Shown: piece after piece, positions 51,426 to 64,000 of the stretch
Position numbering within the stretch: position 1 is the stretch's first letter
Layout: each line of letters starts with the position of its first letter
Source: Octopus sinensis
Lineage: Eukaryota
NCBI RefSeq assembly: GCF_006345805.1
Contig: NC_043008.1
Span: forward strand, 5,518,001-5,582,000
DNA length: 64,000 bases
Direction of reading: 5' to 3'
Position numbers and translations under genes: made by a program
The notes under the pieces: generated by a model
The model's database searches: none
What the model was told of the DNA's origin: nothing
The model's input: only the letters and a program-made list of their open reading frames with translations

Positions 51426-53344
51426 CATCTTTCTTTCCGTCCCTGAATGTCTGCTTATACCACATCCTCACTTTTTTTGTGTTTGTTCTTCTGGATGCCC
51501 TTCCTAATGCCAACCACTCCAAGAGTGTCATGTGTCACTGGCGCCATTTGTGTAACACCAGTATCTGCCACAATTACAATTTTACTTGGCTTGATGGGTC
51601 TTCTTCTCAAGGATGACATATATATATATATCTTTTATTCAAATTTTAAAAGAACTCAAAAAATTTGTTAAGTTACAAGTTTTTCATTTAAACTGAATTT
51701 AAAGTCATACCATATTGGTGGGGGTTATACCATATTGGTAAGGTACCAATAAATGCTTTATTATTATTGCTCTCTTTGGTTTTGGGCTGCAGGCCCAGTC
51801 AGACCTCTGCAGGAGCTAGCTTAAAAGTCAGCATGGAGTGAGGCTTTTAAGCTTAGTAACTAATATGAGGGATTTTAAATAACATACCAAGATAAGAAAT
51901 AGGATGTCATGCTATTGGTGAGGCATAAAATAAAGGATATAAGCAGATAATTAGTCACATAAACAGTAAGATAAACAGTGACATTGTGTTTTTTAGGATC
52001 ACTAGGGTAGATTGGCCAGGAGATAAAGTTTAGAGCAAAGAATTTGAAAGTAAAGATAAGCATTCAGATTTAGCTGGAACAATAACGACAAAGATATTCT
52101 CAGAATCTCTTATCCTTGAACAATCAGATTATCCTGTCAAAGGTAAAGCTTATTTATTTTTATTGTTTTGAAATTAATCATGTATTATCTAATAACTTTG
52201 GGATTTTGATGACATGATTGTTTATCTTTGATATGACAATGCAGAGCAGGCATGAGATACCAGAACTGGTCTCTTAAAACAGGTAGAATATGTTGGTCAG
52301 ATGTGGCTGGTTTAAGTGCCGAAGGGTTAAAAGGGAACAGAGGTAAGCCTAGAGGAACATGAAAGAAATATAAAGGAGGGGGAGAAGGGGAGAGAGAAAG
52401 AAAAGGATTGTGACTGATAGAAAGACAGAAATAAGGATACCAGGTTTAACCCTTTTGATAACAATCCAGCTGAAACCGGCTCTGGCTCTGTAGTACAAGT
52501 GTCTTGTTTTCAAAAGTTCTTCATTAAAATCTTCCACCAAACCTTAGTCACAATTTATGTTCCTAACACTAGCTTAATGATAACTAAGTTATTTTACTAA
52601 ATTCTTTGTTAAATTTAAAGTAATTGAAAGAAATGCAGAGAATCTCAACAGAAATACAGTAAGGAAGGGGTTAAGGTGTATAAAATCAGAAAGCAATACT
52701 GGGAAGAAGGGAAAATGACAAAGTACAAAAGGAAAATGATGTACGGAATTAAAAGCAGAAAAGGTATTGAAAAAAGACACAGAAACTAGTTGAAGAAGAG
52801 ATTCATAGAAAATGAAGCAGACAGATTGGAAGAACCTATGGAGTGGCTGTATGACACATTCCAGGTACCAACACTGTTACAGGTGGTTGAACCCACATGT
52901 ACAAGTGGAAGAAAATGGAAGAACACAGAGTTCCTACAAATAGACTCCAAAAAGAAAATTTATTAAGTTGAAAAAAAAAATGATAAAAAGGGAGGAAGGG
53001 TGAATAAAGTAAAAAAACAATTACTTGCTTCCTCCCCACCCCCCCAAAAAAACTAAATGGGGAGATGTTGTAATGAAAATGGTATGATCCTCCCCATGTG
53101 ACAAAGTGGTATATACATATATATTTCTTAAAGGCGAACCGGCAGCCAAGTCCACAGGATTGTTTACAAATGGTGACCCTGATGTGATCCCCCAGAAGAT
53201 GTGGCACAGAATTGAGCCTAAGCAGCCGAAAGATGATTGCTATCTAACACGACATCATTTCTAATATATCTCTCAAACAGTGAGAATATCACCAAGCTAT
53301 GCTACAAACTGAAGGACTGCTGCAATGAGTATCCTTAAATCCTT

Positions 53345-53625
53345 AAAAATGTTTTAGCCCGAAGGCCACGGCCATGCTGGGGCACCACCGCTGAATGAGC
53401 TACACTAATATGTGAATCCACCTCTGATACGTGGCACTTGATCAACAAGGGAGTTCGATGCCGCTGCCCGCATCTGTGTCTCCTGTCGTGAGGTAGGTTC
53501 ATCTGGGACCCCCGACAAGAAGAGATCCAGTTTAGTTTTAAAGAAACCCACATCCACACCATGTAAGTCTCTCAGGCATTTAGGGAGGATGTGAATCGAG
53601 GGGAATATGTTGAATAAAATCATAA
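53345..53625 (-). mobile_element. CR1-type LINE 3' end
   Basis: LFNIFP...LRDLHGVDVGFFKTKLDLFLSGVPDEP...NSL, then tail GGTGCCCCAGCATGGCCG...AAACA. Confidence 0.8.
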
Positions 53626-56199
53626 TCTACTGATTCTTCTGTATTTTATTTCACCCAAAGCCAGGTACTTTTCAGTGTCCCTTCATATTTAGGACTAGTT
53701 ATTGGGTGTGATCTTTTTTAAGACATCAGGTGTGATTTGAGGGAGACTTGTTTGCTATTTCTGGCATTTCAAACAATTATTTTGTCAGTGGTAACAAAAT
53801 AAAACCACATTTGATAAAAACATTTATTTATAGCAAAATATTTCACTCCACTCGCCACCATACATACACATAGACACTCCTATACACACACACACACATA
53901 CATACATACATACATACATACATATGTACAGTCACATATGAGGAAGAAATTGATTAGAGATTATTTTCCTTGAAGAACTTTGATATCAAATTAACTGGAA
54001 ATCTACTTAATCAGTTTTATAAAAACATCCTGACTTGTGAAGCTTTACTTTGTAGTCTGTTTCCACATTCACCAGTTTGACAAAACTATATCATGGCAGA
54101 AACCAGTCCAAAAAGTAAGGCTTTTTTAAAGATTCACTCACTGTTCACTTTCTCTGGGTTTTCTATGTACTGTTCATGTAGCTTTGGTTATTTTTTCTGA
54201 TGAGTTGTAGTACACTTGAGCACTGTAGACAATCAGTTCATTACACACACACACACGTACTAATTTTAATTGTATAGTTTTTTTTTCTCTTCTCTTTATC
54301 TCATTTATTCTATTTCCTGAAAGACTCCACTTAAATATACATTTCCCCTTCTTGAATTACTAAGCTCTGTAAAACGTATAATTACCTGTAATGCATCCCA
54401 GCGCTGCCCAGGTGTTATGACCTACAGCCACATTGTATTGTATTATTTGTTCCTTTCTCATGGGCAGAATCAGCTCAGCTGATATATAGCGAGCTGGATT
54501 ACTGGCATAATGGATGTTATTGTTTGTTTAAAAGTGAAGTGGGGAGGGAGACAATTTGCATGGGTTTGCATGAAAGTGCTTTCTGCTCTTAAGAAGGATC
54601 ACAAACTATGTATTGTCTCATCCTATATAAAGGGGTTAGTGCGATTTTACCTAGAAATCACGTTTTCAAAATTTTAATTTTCCTCCGTCCCCATTGCAAT
54701 TTCTCAATTTGTAACTTTTCCTTTCCCCCGCCTCGCTCACCAATCACCTACCCACTTTCAAGAAGCTAAAACTTCCCAATGTTTCACTTTTGTCCGATGT
54801 TTCAAGCATGCTTAGAATTGTACTGAAATAGCAGATGTAAAAGATACCTGACCACCACCAGAAAACCTGACATGCTAGAAACAGCAGATAAACGACGTTA
54901 TTTGTAAAGAATCTTCCCTGCTTTCCAAGAAGTTAAAAGTGAAACTTTGGGAGTTTAACTTTTTGAAAGGGGTGAGGTGATGGGTGGATGTTTGGAAAAG
55001 AGATTTTAGTGTTTCTTTAATAAAAAAAGGAAGAAGAAAAATCTTAATGATTCGTACTCTGTGGATTGCCAAGAATAAAATTTGGAAAAAAGTAACAATG
55101 AAGAAATTGAGGTAGGGAGGGAGGGAGGAAATTAAAACATTGATAATCCTAATCCTAATCTCCTGTATCAAAAACAGATGAATCGGAAGAAATTGAGGAA
55201 AAAAATAAGGGTGGGATGCCCATGTTACCTTGGACTTGCTAGAAACAACAGGTAAAGAACAGGATTTCTGGGGAAACTTCCTTTTATGTTTATATCAGGT
55301 TTTTAAATACGTTCATCACAAGAATGAATTACAGAATAGAAAAAAGTGATTTCAATTGGATTTGAGCTGTAATTTTGCGAATGCACACAGCAAGAAATAA
55401 CATAATTCATACGGAAGTTTTACCTAGAAAGTGTGCCAAAGGAAGTTATTTTATGGTATTCTTTCATTTGAAACAGTAAAGTTGTCAACTTGATCACATG
55501 ATCGATCATATGGGATCATATGATTGTTTATTAATTTGCGTAAAAAATTTTTTAAATTTCTTTATGCTTTGAAGAGAGCAGAAACTGGAAGAGGGGAGAA
55601 AGTGAAATGGCGACATTTGCTTTGAAGTGAGAGCAGAAAGTGAAAGATGTATGTACATGTATATTAAATGGACATGTGTGCGTGTGCATCTGTGCATGTG
55701 CATGAGGGAGAGAGAGAGAGGTGTGTGTTGTCACGTATATATTTTTTTGCATGTATGTGTAAGTGGCACTCACTCACTCTCTTTCTCTCTCTCTGTCTGT
55801 CTCTTTCTCTCTCACACACATACACATTATCTTTCATATACATGTACATAAATACATATGCATACATTTTTTCTGTATGCATGTGTACATGTATGTGAGC
55901 ATTTCCTCATAACATAGAGAAATGGATGTCTTTTAATGAAATTTTCATGGTTATGGCTTATTTTGATACAATATTTACGTGTGCATTTTCATAAATGTTT
56001 GTTTGGATAGACTTCTACTCATGCGTGAATCCTTAAAAGCAATTTGAAATATTGCCCAATAATGACCTCAAAATTGTGTGACCTGACCTCATTTCCAATG
56101 TCATTTTAGTAATAAAAAAAGAGTTGTGTCAAAACAGTTTATTTGATAGCTTTTATACTTGATCATCCCATAAATAATGGGGTTTTTTACACTTTTATT

Positions 56200-56345
56200 T
56201 TTTAAAACTAAGATAAACAAACTTCTTTGTTCATCTAAAATATGCTCTCCATCATTTCCTACAATGCTCTTCCATCTCTCTGGTAGACTTGCAAGGCCCT
56301 TCTTCCAAAATTCAAATTGAAAGTGTGAAACTCCCTTTCTACAAC
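56200..56345 (-). mobile_element. Mariner transposase 3' remnant
   Basis: FWKKGLASLPERWKSIVGNDGEHI; homolog at about 48465-48555(+). Confidence 0.7.
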
Positions 56346-56415
56346 CTGGTCGTTGTAGAGCCTTGTCTTTGAATAACTTTAAGCTGGTTGTTCTGTGGGC
56401 GTGGCAATCCTGTAG

Positions 56416-56631
56416 TTAGTTTTTAAAGGAAGAAGCACTTGCATAGAGATGTTCTTTAACCCTCTTGTATATTTGTCTGTTGAAGAAATCATTATATTTG
56501 TTGCACATGATTTTATACAGCAAACTGTTCGGCGTTTCATGATTCAAATTGTAAAATATATGAGAGATGAAGAAATATAATACTAGAGTAAAAATGTCCC
56601 AGTGAAGACGAAGAAGATATCGTTTCATCAT
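56416..56631 (-). mobile_element. Degenerate Penelope-like GIY-YIG endonuclease fragment
   Basis: LLYKIMCNKYNDFFNRQIYKRVKEHL resembles xIYxIxCxxCxxxYIGxTxRxLxxRxKEH with the YIG segment lost. Confidence 0.5.
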
Positions 56632-57829
56632 GTGTTATAGGTCGGTATGAAAAAAGAACACTGGAGTTTGTTGACATTTTTGATAAACAAAATTTTATTC
56701 TTTATGTAAACAAAAATCAAAAGTATGTCATAACTACGAACAACAAAACATTGAGAGAGGTTTTGTTCTTGGTGTAGCAGCAGCAGCAGCAGATAAAGCG
56801 TCGTTAGTTGCTTACTGATTACTGACTTCTAACGAGATTCGTTCCCTGACTTTTCCCTGCTTTTGTGTTGTCGGCTGCTGTCTGCCATCTCTGTTGGTCA
56901 TCTCCCACAGCGTCTGTATCCCAAAGCTCTCTGTCTAATAGTCAAAGGAGTGCTGAATTTATACTGGTTGATAGGCTCAGAAGGAAACAAGCTAAAAGAG
57001 GAGATTGTCACTGGACCCTGTTCAACGCAATGTGGAGATTCTGTTCATCACATGGGCAATATTCAAGCAAATCACAACGTCAGATCCTTGATAGATGTTC
57101 TGACATTAGTTGAGTCATAACAAGATGGCAGGTTCAAAATTCTAAAGGAAAACAGTCAGATCTGAGGAAATAAACTAATTCAAATTGTGAAAGATGATGG
57201 ATTCTGTGAGGAAGAAAAGAACTCTGAGAAGCTGTTGTTTGTGCTGCTGATGATGATGTTGAGATAGTTTTGGTGGTGACAATTGTGTTGGTGCTGGTGT
57301 TGATGCTGTTGCTGTTGAGCGAGCGGTCTTCGTCCCAGAGCTCGCAAGATGGGAGAAGTCCGAAACATGGTCCTTTGCTATTCGTAAGACCCGCAGAAGA
57401 GAAAGCAGGTCAACCCCCTCGACACCGAGAGCATCGACGGATGGATGAATGCGCATCCAGGCTCTCAGCGGTTGCGTAGGAAGTCGGGGACAAGAAACAG
57501 GAAGAAAGCGTGAGAGAAAGTTGGAGCGAAAGAGTACAGCAGGGGTCGCCACCACCCCTGCCGGAGCCTCGTGGAGCTTTAGGTGTTGGTGTTTGTGTTG
57601 GAGGTGTTATTGTCGGTAGTAGCAATCATTTATACTGTTTATCAGTCCTCATTGATCAAAGGTATTTCACACCTGTCTTATCTAATAAGCCTAATCTAAT
57701 TAAGAGTGATTTGTGGTGTTGGTGGTGATGGTAATTGCGATTATGTTTAGTGATTTGTGGTTATTCTGGATTGTATGAGAAGACCTCTGAAGCATTCAGG
57801 ACATTATACAACAACCACTTTCCTATTAC

Positions 57830-58215
57830 AGGGTGGCATTGTGGTTGGGGGAAGGGTTAGGGTTAGGGTTTCTTTATCCTTTGTAGTAGTAGCTGTAGTT
57901 GTAGTTCTTTTTGTAGTAGTAGAAGTAGTAGTAGCAGCAGCAGCAGCAGCAGTAGTGGTAGTAGTAGTAGTAGTAGTAGTAGTGGCAGCAGCAGCAGCAG
58001 CAGAAGTAGTAGTAATAGTAGCAGCAGTACTAGTGGTAGTAGTAGTAGTAGTAGTAGTAGCAGTAGTTGTAGTAGTAGTAGTAGCAGCAGCAGTAGTAGT
58101 AGCAGCAGCAGCAGAAGTAGCAGAAGTAGTAGCAGCAGCAGCAGTAGTAGTAATAGTAGTAGCAGCAGCAGCACTGGCGGTGGCAGTGGCAATGGCGGCT
58201 GTGGTGGTCATGGTA
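57830..58215. repeat. Compound (GTA)n/(GCA)n trinucleotide microsatellite
   Basis: Directly visible. Confidence 0.95.
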
Positions 58216-58520
58216 GGGACGGTTGTATAGTTGCTACCGCCATAACATCAGTTTCACGATAGCATTTAGATTAATCTTATCACTTTAACGCGTAATTCTT
58301 TCCTTTCCACTGGCAGAGCTTTCTCTCACACACACACACACACACACATGTTTTAGTGAAACTTGTTTGATATTGAGAATTAACTTTGAAACAAGTCAGG
58401 GTTTAGAAAGACAATTGCTGCAATCCATACTCCAGGAATGCCATTGTTCAATAATTGAGAACCTGGTGGTTATTCTGTATTCTTAAAAGAAAATGGTATT
58501 GTATCAAATAAAAGTGGTTT

Positions 58521-58870
58521 AGAAATTGTGACGCAGGCTGGAAAGCGGAACATTTTCCTATCGAAGTCGGATGTAGAGGGTTTGTTGGACACAGCGTGAG
58601 ACGACTGTTGTTATCGCTAGGCCTAACTCATCGTAAAGTCAATACCACCATGACCGATATCCAATCTACAGTGGAGAAGGCTAGCCACTGGATTTGGTTA
58701 AAAAGAGACGATGAACGATGGCTAGAAGGATATTGAGTTTAACTTTATAACCAGCTGATCTAGCAAGCGGGGCCTCATATCAGTGAGGGGGGCCGGTGCG
58801 CATTGATGCCGTCGAGAGGTAGGCCCCGAAATGGCACGCATTCTCTCCTGATGACCCCATACACTTGCTG
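58521..58870 (+). mobile_element. Hero/NeSL-type non-LTR retrotransposon 3' fragment (C-terminus of the REL-endonuclease region)
   Basis: Open frame 58521-58736: AGWKAEHFPIEVGCRGFVGHSVRRLL...EKASHWIWLKR...W*; absent from the ORF track because it has no start codon. Confidence 0.75.
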
Positions 58871-59405
58871 GCTTCCAGTATACGGAGCTTTTGACAGGTA
58901 GCACTTGCATGTGCAAGTTGTTTGCAAGACATCTACAGGTATAGCTGTGTGGAAAAAAGCAGTCATTCTTACCACACAGCCACTGGTGGCGAGCTAGCAG
59001 AACCATTAGCACACCACACCAGGTGAAATGCTTAGCGGTATTTTGTCTGCCGTTAACGTTCGGAGTTCAAATTCCACCAAAGTCGACTTTGCCTTTCATC
59101 CTTTCAGGGTTGATAAATTAAGTACCAGTTACACACTGGTGTCAATATAATTGACTTAATCCGTTGTCTGTCCTTGTTTGTCCCCTCTATGTTTAGCCCC
59201 TTGTGGGCAATAAAGAAATAAGAAGCTTGTCATTTGACTGCGGCCATGCTGGAGCACTGCCTTTTAGTCGAAGAAATCGACCCCAGGACTTATTCTTTGT
59301 ACGCCTCATACTTATTTTGTTGTTCTCATTTGCTGAACAACTAATTTATGGGGAAGTAAACACACCAACATCGGTTGTCAAGCAATGGTGAGGAGCCACA
59401 CACAG

Positions 59406-59467
<62 letters not shown>

Positions 59468-59928
59468 GATGGGTTTCTTTCAGTTTCCATCTACTATATC
59501 CACTCACAAGGCTTTGGTTGACTCGAGGCTATAGTAGAAGACACTTGCCCAAGATACCATGCAGTGGGACTGAACCCAGAACCCTGTGGCCGGTAAGCAA
59601 ACTACTTACCACACAGCCACTCCTGTGCCTGTGTTGTTCATCATTAAAAAATATCAGTTCCATTATAAAGGACCTTTGCTGGGTTTTTTTTTTGTTTTGA
59701 ACAACAGAAATATTACCTTAAAAAGACATTTGCACTCTTTTTGATTTTGCACACGTGCACATTATTTATCAGTTATTTTGGTAATTGATAACTAACTACT
59801 TCTTTTTAATTTATCAACTAACTCCTCGTGCAAAGCCAGAATAACAATACTCTTGATTAGAGACAGGCATTTTGTTTGAATATTACTCTTCTTTTCAAGG
59901 ACACGCTCTTTGCTGTGTCATGGTGACC

Positions 59929-60398
59929 TACAAGGTCTGATCAATAAGTATTCGGACTGTTGCCATAGTAACGAAGCTAAAGTGTGCTGAGTGAAGCCAC
60001 TTGGCAAAGATAGACCCTGAACTATGCTGTGCATGTGTACTAAGTTTTAACACTCTAGCTAACTTCTGCTGTTTACAGCAGTGCTCGGAAGGAAGGTGTG
60101 TAGTGTGTGATCATCGCACTGACCATGACAGAGAAAGTTATCATGGTGATACCTGCTGCTCAGAGGCCTACACAGAGTTGCAGAAAGTGTATGGAGAGGA
60201 GTGTTTGAGCTGCACACATGTGCATGAGTGGTCAGATGTTTCCAAGATGGTAAAAAAAAAAAAAATGTCGATATTAACGAATGCTCTGGGAGATCTGCGA
60301 CCAGCAGAACTGAGAAAAACATTGCAGATGTGCTTGCAGCTGTGAGGAGAAATCATCGAATCACCATCCAGGAGTTATCGGAGGATGTGCAGATTAGG
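59929..60398 (+). mobile_element. Truncated mariner, 5' half
   Basis: TIR TACAAGGTCTGATCAATAAGTA; EAYTELQKVYG...SGRSATSRT...RITIQEL HTH region. Confidence 0.8.
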
Positions 60399-60416
60399 TA
60401 CGGGCTTCTTTCAGTT

Positions 60417-60494
<78 letters not shown>

Positions 60495-60498
<4 letters not shown>

Positions 60499-60899
60499 CG
60501 CAGGAGTGGCTGTGTGGTAAGTAGCTTGCTAACCAACCACATAGTTCCGGGTTCAGTCCCACTGCGTGGCACCTTGGGCAAGTGTCTTCTGCTATAGCCT
60601 CGGGCCGACCAATGCCTTGTGAGTGGATTTGGTAGACGGAAACTGAAAGAAGCCCGTCGTATATATGTATATATATATATGTATGTGTGTGTATATGTTT
60701 GTGTGTCTGTGCTTGTCCCCCTAGCATTGCTTGACAACTGATGCTGGTGTGTTTACGTCCCCGTTACTTAGCGGTTCGGCAAAAGAGACCGATAGAATAA
60801 GTACTGGGCTTACAAAGAATAAATCCCAGGGTCGATTTGCTCAACTAAAGGCGGTGCTCCAGCATGGCCGCAGTTAAATGACTGAAACAAGTAAAAGAG
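60495..60899 (+). mobile_element. Full-length young tRNA-derived SINE
   Basis: Intact head, internal microsatellite and tail; near-identical to 5028-5468. Confidence 0.9.
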
Positions 60900-61090
60900 T
60901 ATATATACAATCAAAATAAGCAACAAGGATATCCAGAGCTAATGCATTACCTCTGGATATCCTTGTGGCTTATTTTGATTATAATCACCCCATTTTGAAT
61001 TATATTTACCATACTAAATTCTGGTGCACTTAACTTGAGTACCATGTTCAACTGAATCTAAATTTTACTGAACTTATATATATATACACG

Positions 61091-61123
<33 letters not shown>

Positions 61124-61124
61124 T

Positions 61125-62030
61125 TCATTTCATTTCATTTGAGTTTGAGTCCATGCTCTGGCCAAGTCGAAGACTCCACCCTCAGAGTCTGGTGTGGTTG
61201 CCAGGTTGTATTCTCTGTTTAATTTTGACATGTGTAGGAGCGAGTTTGAGTCAGTTTGTGCTCGTTGTGTATATCCTGGGAGATGGGGTTCATCTCTAAT
61301 GGTGCTTAAGTATCTATCCAGCTGCAATTTGAATGATTCCACACTGCATCCTGATAGATTTCTGACATGTACCAGAATGGAGTTGAATAGTTGTGCTCCT
61401 CGAACCAACAGACTTGACTCTCGCAGGGTTTTTGCTGCCTGGCCAGCCTTTTTGTTGATTGGTGGTAGCTGGCAGCGTCTTCCGTGGCACAGTGAGTGGT
61501 AGGTTTTGATACCAAAGTTTGGCACCTTTTGCTCTATCATTTTCCAAATGTATATAATTCGGTATCGCTCAAATCTTCTTTCTATTGAGTACATCTTCAA
61601 GGTTTTGAGTCTTTGCCAATAGTCCAGGTCCCTCGTTTCTGAGAAGTATGAGGTAAAATTTCTTTGGAGCGATTCCATCTTAGATAGTTGGCCCTTTGTT
61701 GTTGGTGACCACAACTGAGAACAGTAGTCAATCCTCGGAAGTATCATACTGTTCCAGAGGGTTTTCATTGTTGAGGTATCTCTTGATTTGAAGGTGCGCA
61801 AGATCCACCCGCTGTACTTTCTTGCAGTAAGACAGACTGAGTCAAGGTGTTCTCTGAATTTTAGGCTGGTTCCCATGTGGATGCCTAAATCTTTCACATA
61901 CTGTTTTTCCATTATTTGTTGTCCTGATGGGTTTCTGTAGTTTGTTGTATTTTTCAGATCTTAATCTGTTCCGTAGCGAATTAGTTCAAACTTCTTATCA
62001 TTGAACAACATGTTGTTTGTTTCCTGCCAT
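61125..62030 (-). mobile_element. CR1-clade LINE 3' fragment with a largely open RT C-terminal ORF (61130-61912)
   Basis: VKDLGI, GWILRTF, DYCSQLWSP, LKMYSIERRFERYRIIYIWK, QLFNS; (ATGAA)n tail. Confidence 0.92.
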
Positions 62031-62044
62031 ATATATATATATAT

Positions 62045-62113
<69 letters not shown>

Positions 62114-62138
62114 TATGTGGGTGTGAGCATGAATATAA

Positions 62139-62375
62139 GTGGAACCCCGGTTTATGAATGCTTCCCATCACGAACAATTTTCGAATATATAGAACATCGG
62201 GTGAGGAACATTGTCTCGTGTAACAATTAACGAGAAGCTTGGAGTGTCAGCGGAAGAACATTCTCGAATTCGCCGTGCCTTCTCTTGAATTTCTTACGAG
62301 AAAAACAGTTTCAGTTTTCGAATATTTCGAGTAACGAACGGCCTTCAAAGAATGAATTAAATTCTTAAAGCGAAG
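62139..62375. mobile_element. Probable Tigger/pogo-type MITE remnant
   Basis: AGTGGAACCCCGGTTT end with repeated ACGAAC/TTCGA subterminal motifs. Confidence 0.5.
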
Positions 62376-64000
62376 TGGGTGTGTGTGTAACAGCTGATTA
62401 TATTTCAATAGAGTACTCTCCCTTCCGTAATTCTTCGCTTAACGCAAAAATCCTCTTTGAATGGCAAGGCCGACAGAACCGGGGCCTTGTACTGCTGTAA
62501 ATGAACATGGTAAGATCCCCTTGAGAAATCTATTAAGCATGAAAATATTACCCATGATACAGGGTTTCCTTTATTCATATTGGGTGGCCCTTAATGTTCG
62601 TTTAATAATTTCTTTCAGTTGCCCAACTCGAAGTTTCCCCTTTCGTCTGTCTTACAAAAGCATCCTGCTATTATTTAATTAGTTTTCTTGTACAATCTAT
62701 TATATAATTACAGAGTAAATTTGGTGATAATAACCAATATGGAAAGAGGAAGGCAACAAACATGCTTCTACGTAATGGGTTTATCTACTAAAAAAAAAAA
62801 AATTCTAAAACAGTCAATTTATTCCCGATCCATATTCTTGTTGCCCAACCGAAATAGGATTTTGCCAAAACATGTTTTCACAGAATTCTGGTTTAAGTTC
62901 TCCATATAACCCCTCATAACTTCTAGATGAATATTTTTTGGAGCTTCGTACATCAGTTGTTAGGTGTCGAGACACTACATCCTTTGAAACTTCCATACTT
63001 CCTCAATTTGCCAAAAGTACACACAACACTTCTTCCCCTCCGGTTCTTTTTGGGGGTGTTGTATACAAGTTCATTATATATTAGATTTGTGTTCTACACG
63101 CGGGAATTCATACTAATATGGAAAAAAGAATATGTGATTTAAGGGTGATTTAGCTGTTGTTTTTAGCACATCTAACGACCACCTGATTGATGCCCTCCTC
63201 GTTTCTTTGTCTCTCTGACACATAATTGATGTTGTTCAATATTTTTCTCCGTATTTAAAATTCTGATCAAAATTAAAGTGGATTTACGGGGTTTAAAGAT
63301 TAAAAGATTTTTTTAAAAATTAAACTTTTTTTCATCATCGTATGAATTTCTGTGCGGAGAACAATAATTCGCAATTTTTTTCAGAAAACTCCAAAAATAC
63401 AAATAGTTACGTGGTGCTTTTATGGGATGCTTTAAACCAAAATTCCGCCCATTTTTGGTTTTGCTTTTTTTTAAATTTCTTCTCACACCCATTTTTTTTG
63501 TTTTTAATACTTTTTCGATTTGGGATGGAGTTGGAATATCATGTTTAAAAATATAGATACAACGATTCTGAACTTTTTTTTTAATGCCCATTGTTCACAA
63601 TGACAAGCCTTTGGTATTGCTACACGACCTCATTCGCCCTTTTTAGGGAACGTTGAATGGGTGAATGACGTCTGCTAATGCAGAAAGGTTACCACCCACG
63701 ATAGAGTTCCGTTTCCGTTTTGTGATCGTAACTTAATAGAATGCCCAATGTTTATTCACCAACATGTAGACAGAAGTAAACATTGTAACAGTGCCCATAC
63801 GAGCGCTCCACACTAACTGTAATAAGCTCCTTCGAGCTGAGTCCGCGACCCGCATTTTCTAATTAACTCACAATCACTTTACCTGCACCTAACACGGTCA
63901 ATATAATTATCCTCACCCGGAAACAAAAAAAAAAAAGAAGCCAGCCTGGAGGTGTTTATAAATATGTGGAAAACGAATAAGGAAAAAAAAAATGCGTGCT

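Noticed and set aside
57845-57870. TTAGGG telomeric repeats
   Set aside because: Only two to three units beside a microsatellite
57757-58230. Poly-V/A, poly-T/A and poly-L ORFs resembling mucin or membrane proteins
   Set aside because: Pure (GTA)/(GCA) trinucleotide repeat open in several frames; no splice context
58815-58860. GAAA...CTGATGA in the Hero 3' UTR as a type-II hammerhead
   Set aside because: Stem II strands (CCCC and CCCC) cannot pair; no stem III/UH

Overview
Eukaryotic, AT-rich, microsatellite- and transposon-dense genomic DNA. The SINE/RTE/mariner repertoire looks like that of Octopus; this is my recognition, not a database result. One host gene can be reconstructed on the + strand, a ZFR-family DZF-domain gene. 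It has 11 internal/terminal exons (27975-43092) with canonical GT-AG sites and fully consistent phases, plus a probable first coding exon at 11881-11970. Joined, these give 1284 nt (427 aa + stop) with no zinc fingers and no dsRBDs. The rest is mobile DNA: tRNA-derived SINEs, RTE/CR1/Hero LINE 3' fragments, mariners, Helitrons, piggyBac- and hAT-type MITEs, and Penelope-like fragments. The most unusual signals are (i) a set of head-to-head palindromic retro-insertions carrying minimal type-I hammerhead ribozyme motifs, one fused to a tRNA-like Pol III head and one inserted with a 17-bp TSD 11 nt upstream of ZFR-like exon 4; (ii) the apparently finger-less ZFR-like protein; (iii) a perfect 234-bp palindrome. 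Repeat coordinates are read by eye and may be off by some bases. No alignment, folding or database search was run.
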